Shown here: piece after piece, positions 37,231 through 49,848 of the stretch | Numbering within the stretch: the stretch's first letter is position 1 | Layout: each line of letters begins with the position of its first letter | Source of the DNA: Octopus sinensis | Taxonomy: Eukaryota | Assembly (NCBI RefSeq): GCF_006345805.1 | Contig: NC_042997.1 | Coordinates: 172,360,001 to 172,424,000 of the forward strand | Direction: 5' to 3' | Length of the DNA stretch: 64,000 nucleotides | Notes under the pieces: model-generated | What the model saw: the letters and a program-made list of their open reading frames with translations, nothing else | The model's database searches: none | What the model was told of the DNA's origin: nothing | Program-made: the position numbers and the translations under genes

Positions 37231-38419
37231 AATATTAAAAGTCTGGGGGCAATGGATTTGCAGAATTGTTAAGAATGTCCGACATAATATTTCTAGAATA
37301 TTCAAGAAACTATCCACACCACAGCTTCATGCTGATTGATCAATTTTTATATCAATCACATGAAACTGTAGTGGCATACTCATGAATCGAATACTGATAA
37401 TTTCGCGAGTGGGGTTCAAATTCCTACAATAACAACATTTACCACTTCGTTTAAGTCTATATATGATACTCAAAATTTCTCTTAGGGTTTCTATGCTTAT
37501 TCTCATTTGACCTCATAGAATTCATGTGACTAAATATTCTCTCCACATCAGCAAATGTTAAATCAAGAAAGAAACTGTGTCTGAAACCTGTGTCCGTCGT
37601 ACATCTTTAAAAATTTTCCATTGAAAATTTATTTTTTCTCAGAATCTTTGAATCTTCATTAAAATGCTTTGACAGGTTTATAAATTCAGATTTTATTGGT
37701 CTGAGACATTCTGTTAGACTAAGATAACCCATTGATTGTAAAAGATGAAAATTGTCTGAAAGACGCTGTTTAATTTACTTCAAAACTTTAACAACAAATT
37801 TTAAGCATCGGTCTCTTATCTCATTTTCTTCTTGCTCAGTAAATTTACTCTCTGATATTTTCTCCCCAAATTGATAACCAATTCGGATCTAAATGATCCC
37901 TCGCTGAATCATTTTCATTTAGCTTCTTTTTTTAGCCTTATAATCATTGAACTGAATGAATCAAAGATAAACAAAAGATCATTCAAGTGGGGTCTTGTGC
38001 TTCTGCTTTAAATTTTCTGTTAACTTTTTGAACTTCAGAAACAATTTGTTTTTAAAAGAGTAGAAAAAACATTTTCTCTTGTCATAAAATTTTTCAGCCT
38101 GAATTCAGGACAAAAAATTTTGAATTAAATTATGATTTCACTTTGATACAAAAGCACAAGCTTCAACACTAAATAATAATAACTCGATGGATTTTCACGT
38201 TAAAAACAGTTAAAAGGCACGAAATTGGTGATCCTGAGTACACGTACACAGTTGCATCACAGTAAGACTGTCGTACACGCATGTTTGTAAATTTCGGGAT
38301 ATTTTGGCTTAAAAACCTCAGCAATAAAAGTAACACCTGCTTTGTACAGTTCAATATAGAGAACTATTACCAGTCTGTCTCCTCTATTTTAACAAGGCTA
38401 TTATATTTGCTTATTTCAG

Positions 38420-38853
38420 ACAACCTTCAAGAGGAATTTTTTTAGTGCAACAGTAAAGTTTATCCTTTTATATGGAGCAACAGCATGGAATCTAAGCTAG
38501 ATGGAATTCATATACGAATATTAAGAGTAGTCTTAAACATATCTTGGAGAACACATTCCATCAAGAAACAGCTTTATGGAGTTCTGCCTGTTTCTACAAT
38601 CATAAGGGAAATGTGCTTGCACTTTGCAGGGTATAGGTGACGAGCTAAACAAGAGCCAGCAAGTGACCTATTGCTATGGATGCTAAGGCACGACCATACT
38701 CGAGCAAGTCGTCCGAATACAATGTATAAAGATCAGCTCACTCGAGACATTGGATGCTTCCTCAAAGACCTCCCTCAACTAACGCAAGGCTGAGATGGAT
38801 GACGAGTTCGGGTTAAAAATCTCCAAACAAGCTCGACAAGATGATGATGATGA
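38420..38853 (+). mobile_element. Degenerate RTE LINE 3' end
   Basis: LYGATAW, LRVVLNISWRTH..KKQLYG, LHFAG, DLLLW; (TGA)n tail; related to 1199-1670. Confidence 0.8.
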
Positions 38854-38883
38854 TTATATTTGCCCTCTCTCTCCTTCTCTTTA

Positions 38884-39237
38884 ACTCTTTTACTTGTTTC
38901 AGTCATTTGACTGTAGCTATGCTGGAGCACCACCTTTAGGACTTATCCTTTGTAAGCCTTTTTACCTATTCTATCAGTCTCTTTTGCCGAACCGCTAAGT
39001 TACGGGGACGTAAACACACCAGCATTAGTTGTCAAGCGATGTTGGTGGGGGGGTGGGACAAACACAGACACACATATACATATATACGACGGGCTTCTTT
39101 CAGTTTCCTTCTACCAAATCCACTCACAAGGCTTTGGTCGGCCCGAGGCTATAGTAGACGACACTTGCCCAAGGTGCCATGCAGTGGCACTGAACCCAGA
39201 ACCATGAGCAAGCTACTTACCACACAGCCACTCCTGC
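38884..39237 (-). mobile_element. SINE family A with small deletions
   Basis: Reverse complement of family A consensus. Confidence 0.85.
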
Positions 39238-39685
39238 TGAAAAGTTTACCAATAAAACTATGGATGAGGTGGTTGCATTCTTGACTTAACATAAACACAA
39301 GAGCTGCATACTGGAGCATCAATACAATTCTTTGTTTTTCCTTAGTCTTGATTCAAGATAGCTGCTACTATCAGTTCCAAGCACTAGTCATACCTTTTGT
39401 TTTTCTTTTTGCGGAGAGCTGCATGGATATCCAGGTAACTAACGCTGGAGTCGTTTCCTCTTCTTCCATGTTCTCTTTCAATGTAACACCTCTAGCCATT
39501 AATTAGTGTTTTCCACCCGCATAATTAATAACTTCAGTCACAGTCCAGTTTGTGTCTTTATATTGGTCTGAAAGAATTTTCTCAATGGCATACTCTTCTT
39601 GTCAGCCTCTTCTGATGTGTGCCGGGATTATCTCAACATCTGCTATGAAACTGCTTGCTAAAGTGGTTGATATGAAAACACAACA

Positions 39686-41270
39686 GGGTGGACTCAAGAA
39701 GTGTGGTATAATGTACCTGAAAAGAGGCAAGGTATAATCCCTAGCAGGGATAGAATTACCTAATAGATAACTGATTAAACAAATTGAAAAGGAAAACTAG
39801 AAGTACCTTGGCATCATGGAGAAGGAAATGAAGGAAGAACTGAGGATGGAATATTTCGAAGACTAAGGTTGGTGTTGCGCACAAAAAAGACCAGGTGGAA
39901 TAAATTCCAAGCAGTTAATACATGGGCAATAGCATTACTTCGGTACAGAGCTGGAATCATAAACTGACAAAAACAAAAGTGATGAAGACAGGAAAAATAT
40001 TAATGATTTGTAGGGACATGGTATTTTGTTATGCAGCCATAATATTCTATAAAGTATATTAAATGTTCTTACTAGTCAATACCACGTTCTACTGTGTCAG
40101 CAGTGCAATATGCATTATTTTGTTAAGGTTATTTCTATAGATATTCTATAGAAATTATAGCCAATGAGTCATCAGAGAAATATTGACTGTGCATGGAGTC
40201 TTCCACTCTAAGAGTGCCACCGATAGGCTGTACTTGTCCAGAAGGAAGGGTGGGAGAGGTTTAGTCAGTTGCCAGGACTGTATGAGGCAGAGGAAAACAG
40301 ATTAGGGTGGTATGTAAAAAATACCGAGAAACATGTGAAGAAGTCTAGCACCATCAAAATGAATAATTGTGTAAAGAAAGAAAAACTTAAATACAGAGGG
40401 AAAGAACAAACAAAAAAAGAAAGAAACAGCATGGAAGGAGAAAATAATGTATGCCCAGTTTGCAACAGATAAGAACTCCAAAACAGATGTAGATGACCGG
40501 TGGCTATGGATGAGGGGCAGTGATCTGAAGATAGAGACAGAAACACTTGTATGCACAGCCCAAGAACAAGCGTTAAGGACTAACTAAGTGAAGTGTGAAG
40601 TGCAAAATCTACAACACTACCAAGAGCGACAAATGCAGAATGGCACATCGTTAGCGAATGCCTGAAATTTGAACAACACAATTACAAAAGACAACATGGC
40701 AATGTGACAAGAATGATCCACTGGGAGCTCTGTGGAAAAATCATGGCCTACAAACAGCAAAGACGTTGTATGAGCAAACCCCAGAGAGCGTCACCGAGAA
40801 TGAAGATTGCAAAATCCTGTGAGATGCCATGATTCAGTGCAATCACCTGACCAGACATCAGAAACTGGACATTGTTGTAGTGAATAAAAAAGAAAGAACT
40901 TGCATGATAATCAACATGGAATGTCCTTGTGACAACTGGATAAAAGAAAAAGAAGAAAAACTGAACAACTACAACGATTTGAAGTGAGAAATGCGAAGGT
41001 TATTGTCAATGAGGAGAGTGGTTGTGATACCAATAGTAATTGGTACACTTGGAAGTATCAGCACTCAACTACCAACGGTGGCTCAAAAAAATTGGTACAA
41101 ATGTAAAGATAGAACACGTGCAAAAATCAGCATTGCTTGGAACTGCAAGAATTCTTCACAGGGTTCTGAAGCATGACCAGTACACAAGTGTCACATTAGT
41201 CTGCTGACTGTGGACAGCTGACACTTTCCATCATACCCAGCAAAATAAGCTGAAAGTTTTCCACGAATAG
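39686..41270 (+). mobile_element. R4/Dong-like RLE non-LTR retrotransposon remnant
   Basis: GLKKCGIMYLKRGKV, KYLGI, AVNTWAIALLRY.AGII, DRLYLSRRKGGRGL, AQEQALRTN, YKRQHGNV, VVVIPIVIGTLG; multiple disruptions. Confidence 0.85.
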
Positions 41271-41623
41271 TCAAGAAGGAAGGCAAAAAAAAGAGATAAA
41301 TACGACCCTCTTAAGTACGAAATAGCCCGGCTATGGAAAATGAAGAAGGTAAAGATAATGCCAATTATTTTTGGGCCGTTGGGGACATTATCAGAAGGGA
41401 TCAACAAGAATATAAAGGGTATCAGAATAGAGTGCCCAGTGGAACTGTTGCAAAAGGTTTGTCTCCTTGGCCCAGCCATAATAACCAGGAAATTATTAGA
41501 TAAGTTGAAAAGATCAGATAGCAGGCAGCAAGCCCGTTATGCATGCATGACTTCAGGAGCTCCAACAAAACCTTAGTGATAAAGGTGAGTGATAGTGATA
41601 AAAAGAAATCATCATAATAATAA
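41271..41623 (+). mobile_element. Second R4-like endonuclease 3' fragment with (TAA)n tail
   Basis: KYDPLKYEIARLWKMKKVKIMPIIFGPLGT...LQKVCLLG. Confidence 0.75.
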
Positions 41624-41636
41624 TGTGTGTGTGTAT

Positions 41637-41677
<41 letters not shown>

Positions 41678-41706
41678 TATATATATACATTCATTCATAC
41701 ATACAT

Positions 41707-41752
<46 letters not shown>

Positions 41753-41759
41753 ATATATA

Positions 41760-41910
41760 TGGCGTTAGGAAGGGCATCCAGCCGTAGAAACACTGCCAGA
41801 TTTGACTGGGCCTGATGAAGCCTTCTGGCTTCACAGACCCCAGTAGAACCGTCCAACCCATGCTAGCATGGAAAACGGACGCTAAACGATGATGATGATG
41901 ATGATGATGA
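41760..41910 (+). mobile_element. (ATG)n-tailed RTE 3' end, 5'-truncated
   Basis: Nearly identical to 12358-12508. Confidence 0.8.
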
Positions 41911-41913
41911 TAT

Positions 41914-41957
<44 letters not shown>

Positions 41958-42023
41958 TAATATTAGGGAGTATATCCAAACTTACAGGGAAAAATTAGAT
42001 TCAGGATTAAATCAAATTTCACA

Positions 42024-42219
42024 GTATAAATATAAATTAAATTAGAGATAAAACCACCATTAGGCAACTCAAACAGTGATAGACATAAACCAAAACATAA
42101 AAACAAAAAAATAAAAAATAAAAAAAATTTAATTTTTGTTTTTTACGTTTTGGTTTATGTCTATCACTGTTTGAGTTGCCTAATGGTGGTTTTATCTCTA
42201 ATTTAATTTATATTTATAC
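42024..42219. repeat. Perfect 73-bp inverted repeat
   Basis: 42024-42096 is the exact reverse complement of 42147-42219. Confidence 0.95.
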
Positions 42220-42811
42220 ATATATATATATACATGCACACACACATATACATACACACACATGCATATATATATGTTATACACAAACACACCTACCTGT
42301 GTACAATGCGTAATGTATACTCAATTTCGATAGGCCAGTTACATCAGAATTTGTTCTGAGATAAGATTTCTTATGGATGTGCTACATTAAAAAAAACACA
42401 GTAAATATCAGGGAGACGAAAACTGACCAGCTGAATAGAAATTCAGCATACGCAGTTGAGGCAATGTTTAATGATCTCACATGGACATGGTGTTTTCGTT
42501 GGCCTCTGTTAGGATGTATTTTTGTCTCCTTCTGATATTTGTTGTGTTTTTAACACACCACATCCATAAAAGATGTTATCTGAGGGCAAATACTAGTATA
42601 ACTGGGTTATTGACTGGGTATATACATTAAAAATGATACATAGATGATTATTTTAACTGAATACTTATTAATCCTAAAACAATTAATAACGACAATGCTA
42701 TCTGCTAGAGAAAGCTTCTACTATATCTACTTGAAGGAGGGAAGTACTTTTCCAAAATACTGAAAAATTTCCTAACCAGTTGCGTAACAATATTTGAAGA
42801 CCATAGAGGGT

Positions 42812-43011
42812 TACTCTTTTACTTGTTTCAGTCATTTGACTGTGACCATGCTGGAGCACCACCTTTAGTCGAGCAAATCAACCCCAGGACTTATTCTTTG
42901 TAAGCCTAGTACTTATTCTATCGGTCTCTTTTGCCGAACTGCTAAGTTACGGGGACGTAAACACACCAGCATCGGTTGTCAAGCAATGTTGGGGGGACAA
43001 ACATAGACACA

Positions 43012-43089
<78 letters not shown>

Positions 43090-43211
43090 CAACGGGCTTC
43101 TTTGAGTTTCTGTCTACCAAATCCACTCACAAGGCTTTGGTCGGCCCGAGGCTATAGTAGAAGACACTTGATTCGTAAGCAAGCTACTTACCACACAGCC
43201 ACTCCAACGCC
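42812..43211 (-). mobile_element. SINE family A with expanded (CA)n
   Basis: Reverse complement of family A consensus. Confidence 0.85.
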
Positions 43212-43367
43212 TATATCATAGTATATCATTTTTACGTAAAAGCCGCCGACTACTTAGTTTATGAATGCATTTTCTGTTATGCAATTCAGCCCTAAGGTTG
43301 TGGCCATGCTGGGGCACTGCCATCGTTTTTATTTTTATAATTATTACTGTTGTCACAATTATTGCTT

Positions 43368-43568
43368 GACAGAACCGTTAACACGCTGCATGATATGCTT
43401 AGCGGTATTTCGTCTGTTGTTATGTGCAGAGTTCAAATTCTACCCAGGTCGACTTTGTCTTTCGTCCTTTCAGGTTCGATAAATTAAGTACCAGTGAAAC
43501 ATTGGGGTCGATGTATTCGACTGGTCCCTTCCCCCAAAATTTCAGGCCTCGTTCTTATGATAGAAAGA
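43368..43568 (+). mobile_element. SINE family B monomer
   Basis: Matches family B consensus. Confidence 0.75.
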
Positions 43569-43569
43569 A

Positions 43570-44772
43570 TTATTATTGTTGTTGTTGTTGCTGTTGTTGT
43601 TATTGCCTTTGCACGGCTTCTAACGCCGGAGATTTACTACAGTATCAGCTGTTCACTACCAGTGACACCTCTTATTTTTCAAGCACCTTCCAGAGTAGTC
43701 GGGTGGTTCCAGGCAGTGCTGTTTTCTGCAAGTGCTCCACCTTTATTGCAGCCCCTATTTGTTCCACATACTTCTCAAGATTTTTGCTCACTGTTCCCAG
43801 GGCTCTGACAATTATTGGTACTACTGCTACCTTTTTCATCGACCACAACTGCTTAACTTCCCAAGCTAACCTGTCATATCTCTCGACTTTTCTTTCTTCC
43901 TTATCGCATACCTTATTGTCAGCTGGGTATGCTATATCTATGATACAGCATAGTTTGTTTTCTTTCTCAATTAAGACTATGTCCGGCTTCCTATTCTCTG
44001 TCTCATGGTCGCACTGAATCATAAAATTCCACAGGATCTTTGCATTTTTATTTTCGACGATGCCTTCAGGTTTGTGGTCATACCAATTTTTTGCTCTGAC
44101 AAGTCCATACTTGTTGCAAAGTGTCCAATGGACAAGCCTGGCTATATTGCTGTGGCATCTCTTATATTCCTTCTGCTGGTGGCTTTTAAATACATACCCA
44201 GCTTTTGCTTTCTTCAGAATCAGTGTTAGTGGTATCAAGCACAGTACAAAGATCAGTGGGGATAGGCAGTCCCCTCAGAAGATGCCCCTCCTAATTTCTA
44301 CTGTCCCTAAACTTCTTCTGTATGCTGTCAGGTCCATCCTCCAATTTGCCATACTTTTTCCAAGTAATCGCTCAGCATTCGATGGAATACCAAATAGGTT
44401 CATATGCTCCATAATCCAAGAATGTGGGATCATATCGTATGACATGGCTAAGTTACTTTTCCTCCTCTTGCAGTCTCTAAGTACAGTTTTGTCTATCAGG
44501 AGTTGATCCTTGGTACCTCTGCACTTATGCTTGCAACCCTTCTGCTCATGTGGCTGGACTCCACTTTTTTCTAGATGTTTGTACATTGACTCTACAAGTA
44601 TTCCAGTCAATAATTTCCACATAAGTGACAAACAGGATATCGGCCTGTAATTGTCTATCATAGTCCTACCCAATGTCAACCACTCTGATGTTCCTTCGTC
44701 GGCATTTAATAAGGTGTTGAGTTGTGCAGCTATTCTTGCATGACATTCACCAAATCTTTTGATCCAGTAGCC
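43570..44772 (-). mobile_element. R4/Dong-like RLE non-LTR retrotransposon, internally deleted
   Basis: RT motifs [20 protein letters not shown]...[21 protein letters not shown] fused to restriction-like endonuclease YKRCH...RKPDIVLIEK..IIDIAYP..K.ERY; (CAA/TAA)n tail. Confidence 0.9.
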
Positions 44773-45807
44773 TTCATCATCATCATCATCATCATCACCA
44801 CCACCACCACCACCACCACCACCATCACCATCATCATCATCATAGGTTGTAGTCCCACCCACTTTACATTTCTTGAATGCTGTTAATTCTGATTTGAAAT
44901 TTCACTCGATCAATCAACATGTCACTGCTCGTTTGTTTATTTAGTAATCCGGGTGTGTTGAGGGTTGTGTATCATATAACATATTCTTATAGATGTTATG
45001 CATACTGCATACCTAACTGTACCGTATTTATGTCACAGTAAAAAAAATCTTAATAAAGCAATTATAGCAGGACCAAATAACCCATTCACATGTTTTTATT
45101 ACGTTTTTATGCCACGCTTTAGGTTCCATATAAGTTCAGATACTTTTCAATGATATTGGAGATGCAGAATACCAAACAACAGTGAACTTTTTTTCATCGA
45201 AGCATTCTGTGCTATGATAATGGATTGCTTAACTGATTTACGACAATCTATCTAACTCAGTGGTTCTTAACCAAGGCCCACATTACTCATGAGAGTCATT
45301 AGATTTTGTTGATAAAATCAGGGGATATAATGAAAGAGACTTGCCCAAGGTACTACACATTGCGACTGAACCTGGAAGCATGTGGTTAAGAAGCACACTC
45401 CTTATCAAACAGCCACACCCGCACCTCTCTCTCCCCCTCTATCTATCTATCTATCTACACAGACATAGATGTGTGATATGAATCTTGCTTCCCAGCCACA
45501 TGGTTCTGGATTCAGTCCCACTGCATGGTACCTGTGAGCCAATCAAAGCCTTGTAAGAGGATTTGGTAGATGGAAACTGAAAGAAACCCGTCATATATAT
45601 AGTCGAAATTGCGAAGATAATCTGGTACTTGACTGAAGAAAGAAAACTTCAAATGACCCGTCCTTGTTTTCTTTGTATTGTCTATCTGGATGTTTTGTTG
45701 TCCTATTTTTGTATCACCTAACTGTCTGGATGTTTTGCGTTCTTGTCCCATTTTGCATTTTAAATATTTAAATATATATATATATATATACATGGAAGTT
45801 GTTGTGC

Positions 45808-45883
45808 GCGGCTGAAGAAGGCCACAGACATACATTATGCATTGTTATAAATCTGTCTAATAAAGGCCCGAAACATGTACCGC
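45808..45883 (+). ncRNA. Minimal type I hammerhead ribozyme motif (Penelope-like element terminus)
   Basis: Stem I GCGG/CCGC; core CTGAAGA; stem II GGCC/GGCC extended by ACAGA/TCTGT; GAAAC; palindromic stem III ACATGT; GUA cleavage triplet ending 45879. Confidence 0.65.
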
Positions 45884-46420
45884 TGAATCCTTGGCATCAT
45901 GTTTTTATTTTGATCAATTTACTCCACCACCTACACCACCAAACGGTATATACAGGTGCTTACAATTATCAAGTACTCACCCCGAATTTCTCTATATATA
46001 TACATATATATATATATACATATATATATACATATATATATATACATATATATATATATACATATATATACATATATATATACATATATATATATACATA
46101 TATATATATACACACATATATATATATATCATCACATCATCATCAAGCGGCATACGTACACTTTGGTCTCTTATATGTAAGTATATATATACATATATAT
46201 GCAACACTACTACATAGAATGAAGAAGATAAGCAAATCCATTTCCAATGAAAATGTATAATGTTGTTTCCTAAAGTATTTTAAAAGATAAATGAAATGTC
46301 TTTGATTTTAGGTCTATGAAGATTGCCTTGAAACTAAACAGCCACAACCATACAATTAGCAAGAACAATATGACTACCACACCACCAATAATGCCGGCCC
46401 ACTACGACAAGTTTCTAAAC

Positions 46421-46980
46421 CAGAGGTTCTCAACCATTTCTTACGTATGTAACCTTTTGATTACTTTTTATTCTGGTGGATTCCCCCCACCCCTTGACCA
46501 TTCGATGTTTAAAAACTAGTTTTATAGAAACTTCTTTCAAAATTCTATTTTGTTTTTCACACATTAACTTGTGTGGGTTGAACTATGTAGAATGTTAGAG
46601 AAAGAAACACAGCTGCTTTTTGCAATACATACCAATACATACATCTAAAGGAGAATTTTTTTTCAGGGGCCCTTAACCCTTTCATTACCAGCCCGGCTGA
46701 AACTGGTTCTGCTTCTGTAGTACAAATGTCTTGTTTTCATAAGTTTTTAATTAAAATCTTCCACGAAACTTAGTCACAATTTATGTTCCTAACACTAGCT
46801 GAATGATAACTAAATTATTTTACTAAATCCTTTGTTAAATTTAAAGTAATTGAAAGAAACACAGAGCATCTCAAAATAAATACAGTAATGAAAGAGTTAA
46901 AATGTTATTGAATCCCCAATCTACTATTTTATAATGTAGACCCCTAAAAATTTTATATGGACCCAAGTTGAGAAAAACTG
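46421..46980. mobile_element. hAT-type MITE
   Basis: TIR CAGAGGTTCTCAAC / GTTGAGAAAAACTG; 8-bp TSD TTCTAAAC / ATCTAAAC. Confidence 0.85.
46677..46896. mobile_element. piggyBac-like MITE nested in the hAT MITE
   Basis: TTAA on both sides; TIR CCCTTTCATTAC / GTAATGAAAGAG. Confidence 0.8.
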
Positions 46981-47092
46981 ATCTAAACTAATGCAACCCA
47001 TATCATCACGATTATCAGCTCACTAACTTTTGAATCTAAATGGCTACAAAAGAAAGCATGTACGCCAACACTTGTGTATATGAGTAAGTGTT

Positions 47093-47138
<46 letters not shown>

Positions 47139-47389
47139 TAGATCTTAAGACTGAAGTGCAAGCGGCGAATTATGTATAAAATCTGGCGACTCTTCAGCTA
47201 GCTATAACCATATAGTGCTTCCTCTTTAGAAGGCCTTCACCTTTTCATCTCATTTTCATTTTAACATCCATATGAATAAGATAATTTTCCTCTTTCACAA
47301 AACATAGCTTTCCTGTACCAATTTTTTTTTTTTTACATATTTGTTGTGAATAAATTAATCATCGCTACTTTTGATTTACCTTCAATTTA

Positions 47390-47963
47390 AGGTGTCTCGA
47401 AAGAGGCTATCAAGTAGAACTGAAGGCAGTAGTGCAAAAAGGAACCGTAAAGGGATTTCGCTGGATATTACAATTCATGTTTTAAATAGACTTGATGAGG
47501 AAGAAAACTAAGTTATATTGCTAAAATATTAAATCTTGCAAGCCTACAGTGGGAACAATACACGACAACAGAGAGAAAATTATGTCAAGTGCTGAAGAAG
47601 CTACTCTGTTAACTGCTCGCATCTTATTTTTCCATAGGTCTAATGTAATGCTTAATATGAGTGTATGGAACGAGGATCAGAATTGGCGTAATGTGCCGAT
47701 AAATACGATGATGGTTTAGAAAAAGTTTACTTTACTTTTACTTTTTTTATTTTTTACTTTTTACTTGTTTCTGTCATTTGACTGTGGCCATGCTGGAGCA
47801 TCGCTTTTAGTCGAGCAAATCGACCCCAGGACTTATTCTTTGTAAGCCTAGTACTTATTCTATCGGTCTCTTTTAGCCGAACCACTAAGTTATGGGGATG
47901 TAAACACACCAGCATCGGTTGTCAAGCAATGTTGGGGGGACAAACACAGACACACAAACATAT

Positions 47964-48021
<58 letters not shown>

Positions 48022-48480
48022 ATATGACAGGCTTCTTTCAGTTTCCATCGACCAAATCCATTCACAAGGCTTTGGTCATCCCGAGGCTATAGTTAAAGAC
48101 ACTTGCCCAAGGTGCCACGCAGTGGGACTGAACTCGGAACCATGTGGTTGGTAAACACATGGTTTATATGACGATTTGTAGTAAAAGGAGGGTGAAACAT
48201 CGAAAGAAAAACCCTTTTTGGCTGGTAAAGGCTGGTTTAAAAGATTTAAGGGGCTCGTGAATTTGTACAACATAAAAATGGCTGGTGAAGCTGCAAGCGC
48301 AGGTAGAAAGGCTGCAACTAATTATCCTGAACAGTTAAAGAAAATGATTGCTGAAGGGAGCTAAACACCAGAGCAAGTGCACGATGTTGATGAAACTGCA
48401 CATTTTTGGAAGCACATGCCTGCTAGAATTTTATTTCTTGAGAGAAAAGAAATCAACACTAGAATTTAAAGCTTCTACTT
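47390..48480 (+). mobile_element. Tigger/pogo transposase remnant split by a SINE
   Basis: KRNRKGISLDI.IHVLNRLD (CENP-B-type HTH), SVW.EDQ..RNVPI, FLAGKGWFKRFK...KMAGEAASA...YPEQLKKMI.EG..PEQV.DVDET..FWK.MP. Confidence 0.9.
47727..48153 (-). mobile_element. SINE family A
   Basis: Reverse complement of family A consensus, head slightly truncated. Confidence 0.85.
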
Positions 48481-48743
48481 AGAATCTTTAGCAGTTCACA
48501 GTGAAAAGACGTCGCGTTTGAAATATAATGGCTGGGTTCATATACATCCTTAAAATGAAACAACACATTGATAGGTAAACAAAGGTATCAACAAATAGAA
48601 GAGAGGGAAGAGAACATCACCTTTCAAGTAACTCAGAATAGGTAAGCTTGTCAAAGTTTAATGCAGTTTAAATATGGAGATGAAGATTGTTTAGTATTGA
48701 ATATTCATCGTGTACAGTGTTTCTAGTCAATTTCATCACTGTC

Positions 48744-49555
48744 GCAGGTGGACAATCGAAATAAATAAGTAGACAAAATCCTTTCATTTTTATAATATTC
48801 TCTAACCAAGTAATAATATACAATTACAATATATAAATAAATAATAGCAGGTGGACAGTCGAAATAAATAAATAGACTAAATCCGGATCTTTACCTTTTG
48901 ACGTACAGATTTTAAAAATAATTTTTTGTAACTAAACACTTTCAAACTTCGGACACTGGTAGAATGTGTCATATAAAATATCTTTTACTCTTAGCATTTA
49001 TGAGAAAAACTTATATTTACGAAGTTATTTCTCGTTAAAGTAGTCGTATTTCGGTAATTTCAACCAATCAATGACGTGTATTCAGCTGAATAAAATTACT
49101 GCTGTTGTTTGTCAACAAGAACTTCCGGCGGTGTATATTTCGTTTGTCACTGTTATTTATGACAACCCTAACCTTAACTCTTTAAAACTAGTACAAACGT
49201 ACGAACGATGTCATAAATAATAGTGACAAACTAGAAATAAACCACCGATAGTTGTTGTTGACAAACAACGGCAGTCATTTTATTCAGCTGAATACACATC
49301 ATTGATTGGTTGAAATTACTGAAATAGAACAACTTTAACGTGATATAACTTCGTAAATATAAGTTTTTCTCAAAAATGCCAAGAGTAAAACATGTTTTAT
49401 ATGACACATTCTACTAGTGCCCAGTCTGAAAGTGTTTAGTTACAAAAAGTTATTTTTTTAATCTGTAGGTCAAAAGGTAAATATCCCCAAATCCTTGTAC
49501 TTTTATAATATTCTATAACCAAGTAATAATACACAATTACAACATATAAATAAAT
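48744..49555 (+). repeat. ~103-bp direct duplication, second copy interrupted by a MITE
   Basis: GCAGGTGGACA.TCGAAATAAATAA.TAGAC.AAATCC...TAACCAAGTAATAATA at ~48744 and ~48847/49495. Confidence 0.85.
48885..49486. mobile_element. Full foldback MITE with ~280-bp inverted arms, 8-bp TSD
   Basis: GGATCTTTACCTTTTGAC...GTCAAAAGGTAAATATCC; TSD CTAAATCC / CCAAATCC. Confidence 0.9.
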
Positions 49556-49669
49556 TTAAAAATTGTGAAAATAACTAAAAAAATATTCTCTAATATACAA
49601 CCATGTAGATTTAAAAAGTATGGAAGACCCTACATACCAAAAAAACTATGTACATACAACGAATTAGAG

Positions 49670-49848
49670 AAAAACCCGTGTAAACCACCGTTTTTCCTGG
49701 TTTGTCCAGTTACGCGTCAGCTCTGGGCAAAATGACCATGTTTGAGACAAGTAATGTGTGTGCAAAGTTTGGTGAAAATCGGTTGAGAATTGTGGAAATG
49801 TATGCGTTAGTCAATATAGACACACACATACTGTGATTTATATATACT
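49670..49848 (-). mobile_element. Possible Helitron-type non-autonomous fragment
   Basis: Minus strand TATATATAAATCACAGTATGTGTG...CAACCGATTTTCACCAAACTTTGCACAC, similar in layout to 23847-23960. Confidence 0.4.

Larger units (their letters stand above)
35866..39420 (-). mobile_element. Degenerate hAT transposon with nested SINEs and an RTE fragment
   Basis: Minus strand VSEVQKVNRKFKAE..DP, GYQFGEKI...IRDRCLKFVVKVL..IKQRL, ADVERIFSHMN (hAT dimerisation motif) at ~37500-38050; CAGGGATGCCAA terminus at 35866. Confidence 0.75.

Noticed and set aside
41812-41836. CTGATGA suggesting a hammerhead
   Set aside because: Forms a simple hairpin in the RTE-tail family and has no downstream GAAA core in register
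43672-44238. Domesticated nuclease gene
   Set aside because: Fused by deletion to a broken RT, with the RH motif degraded; an ordinary R4-like remnant
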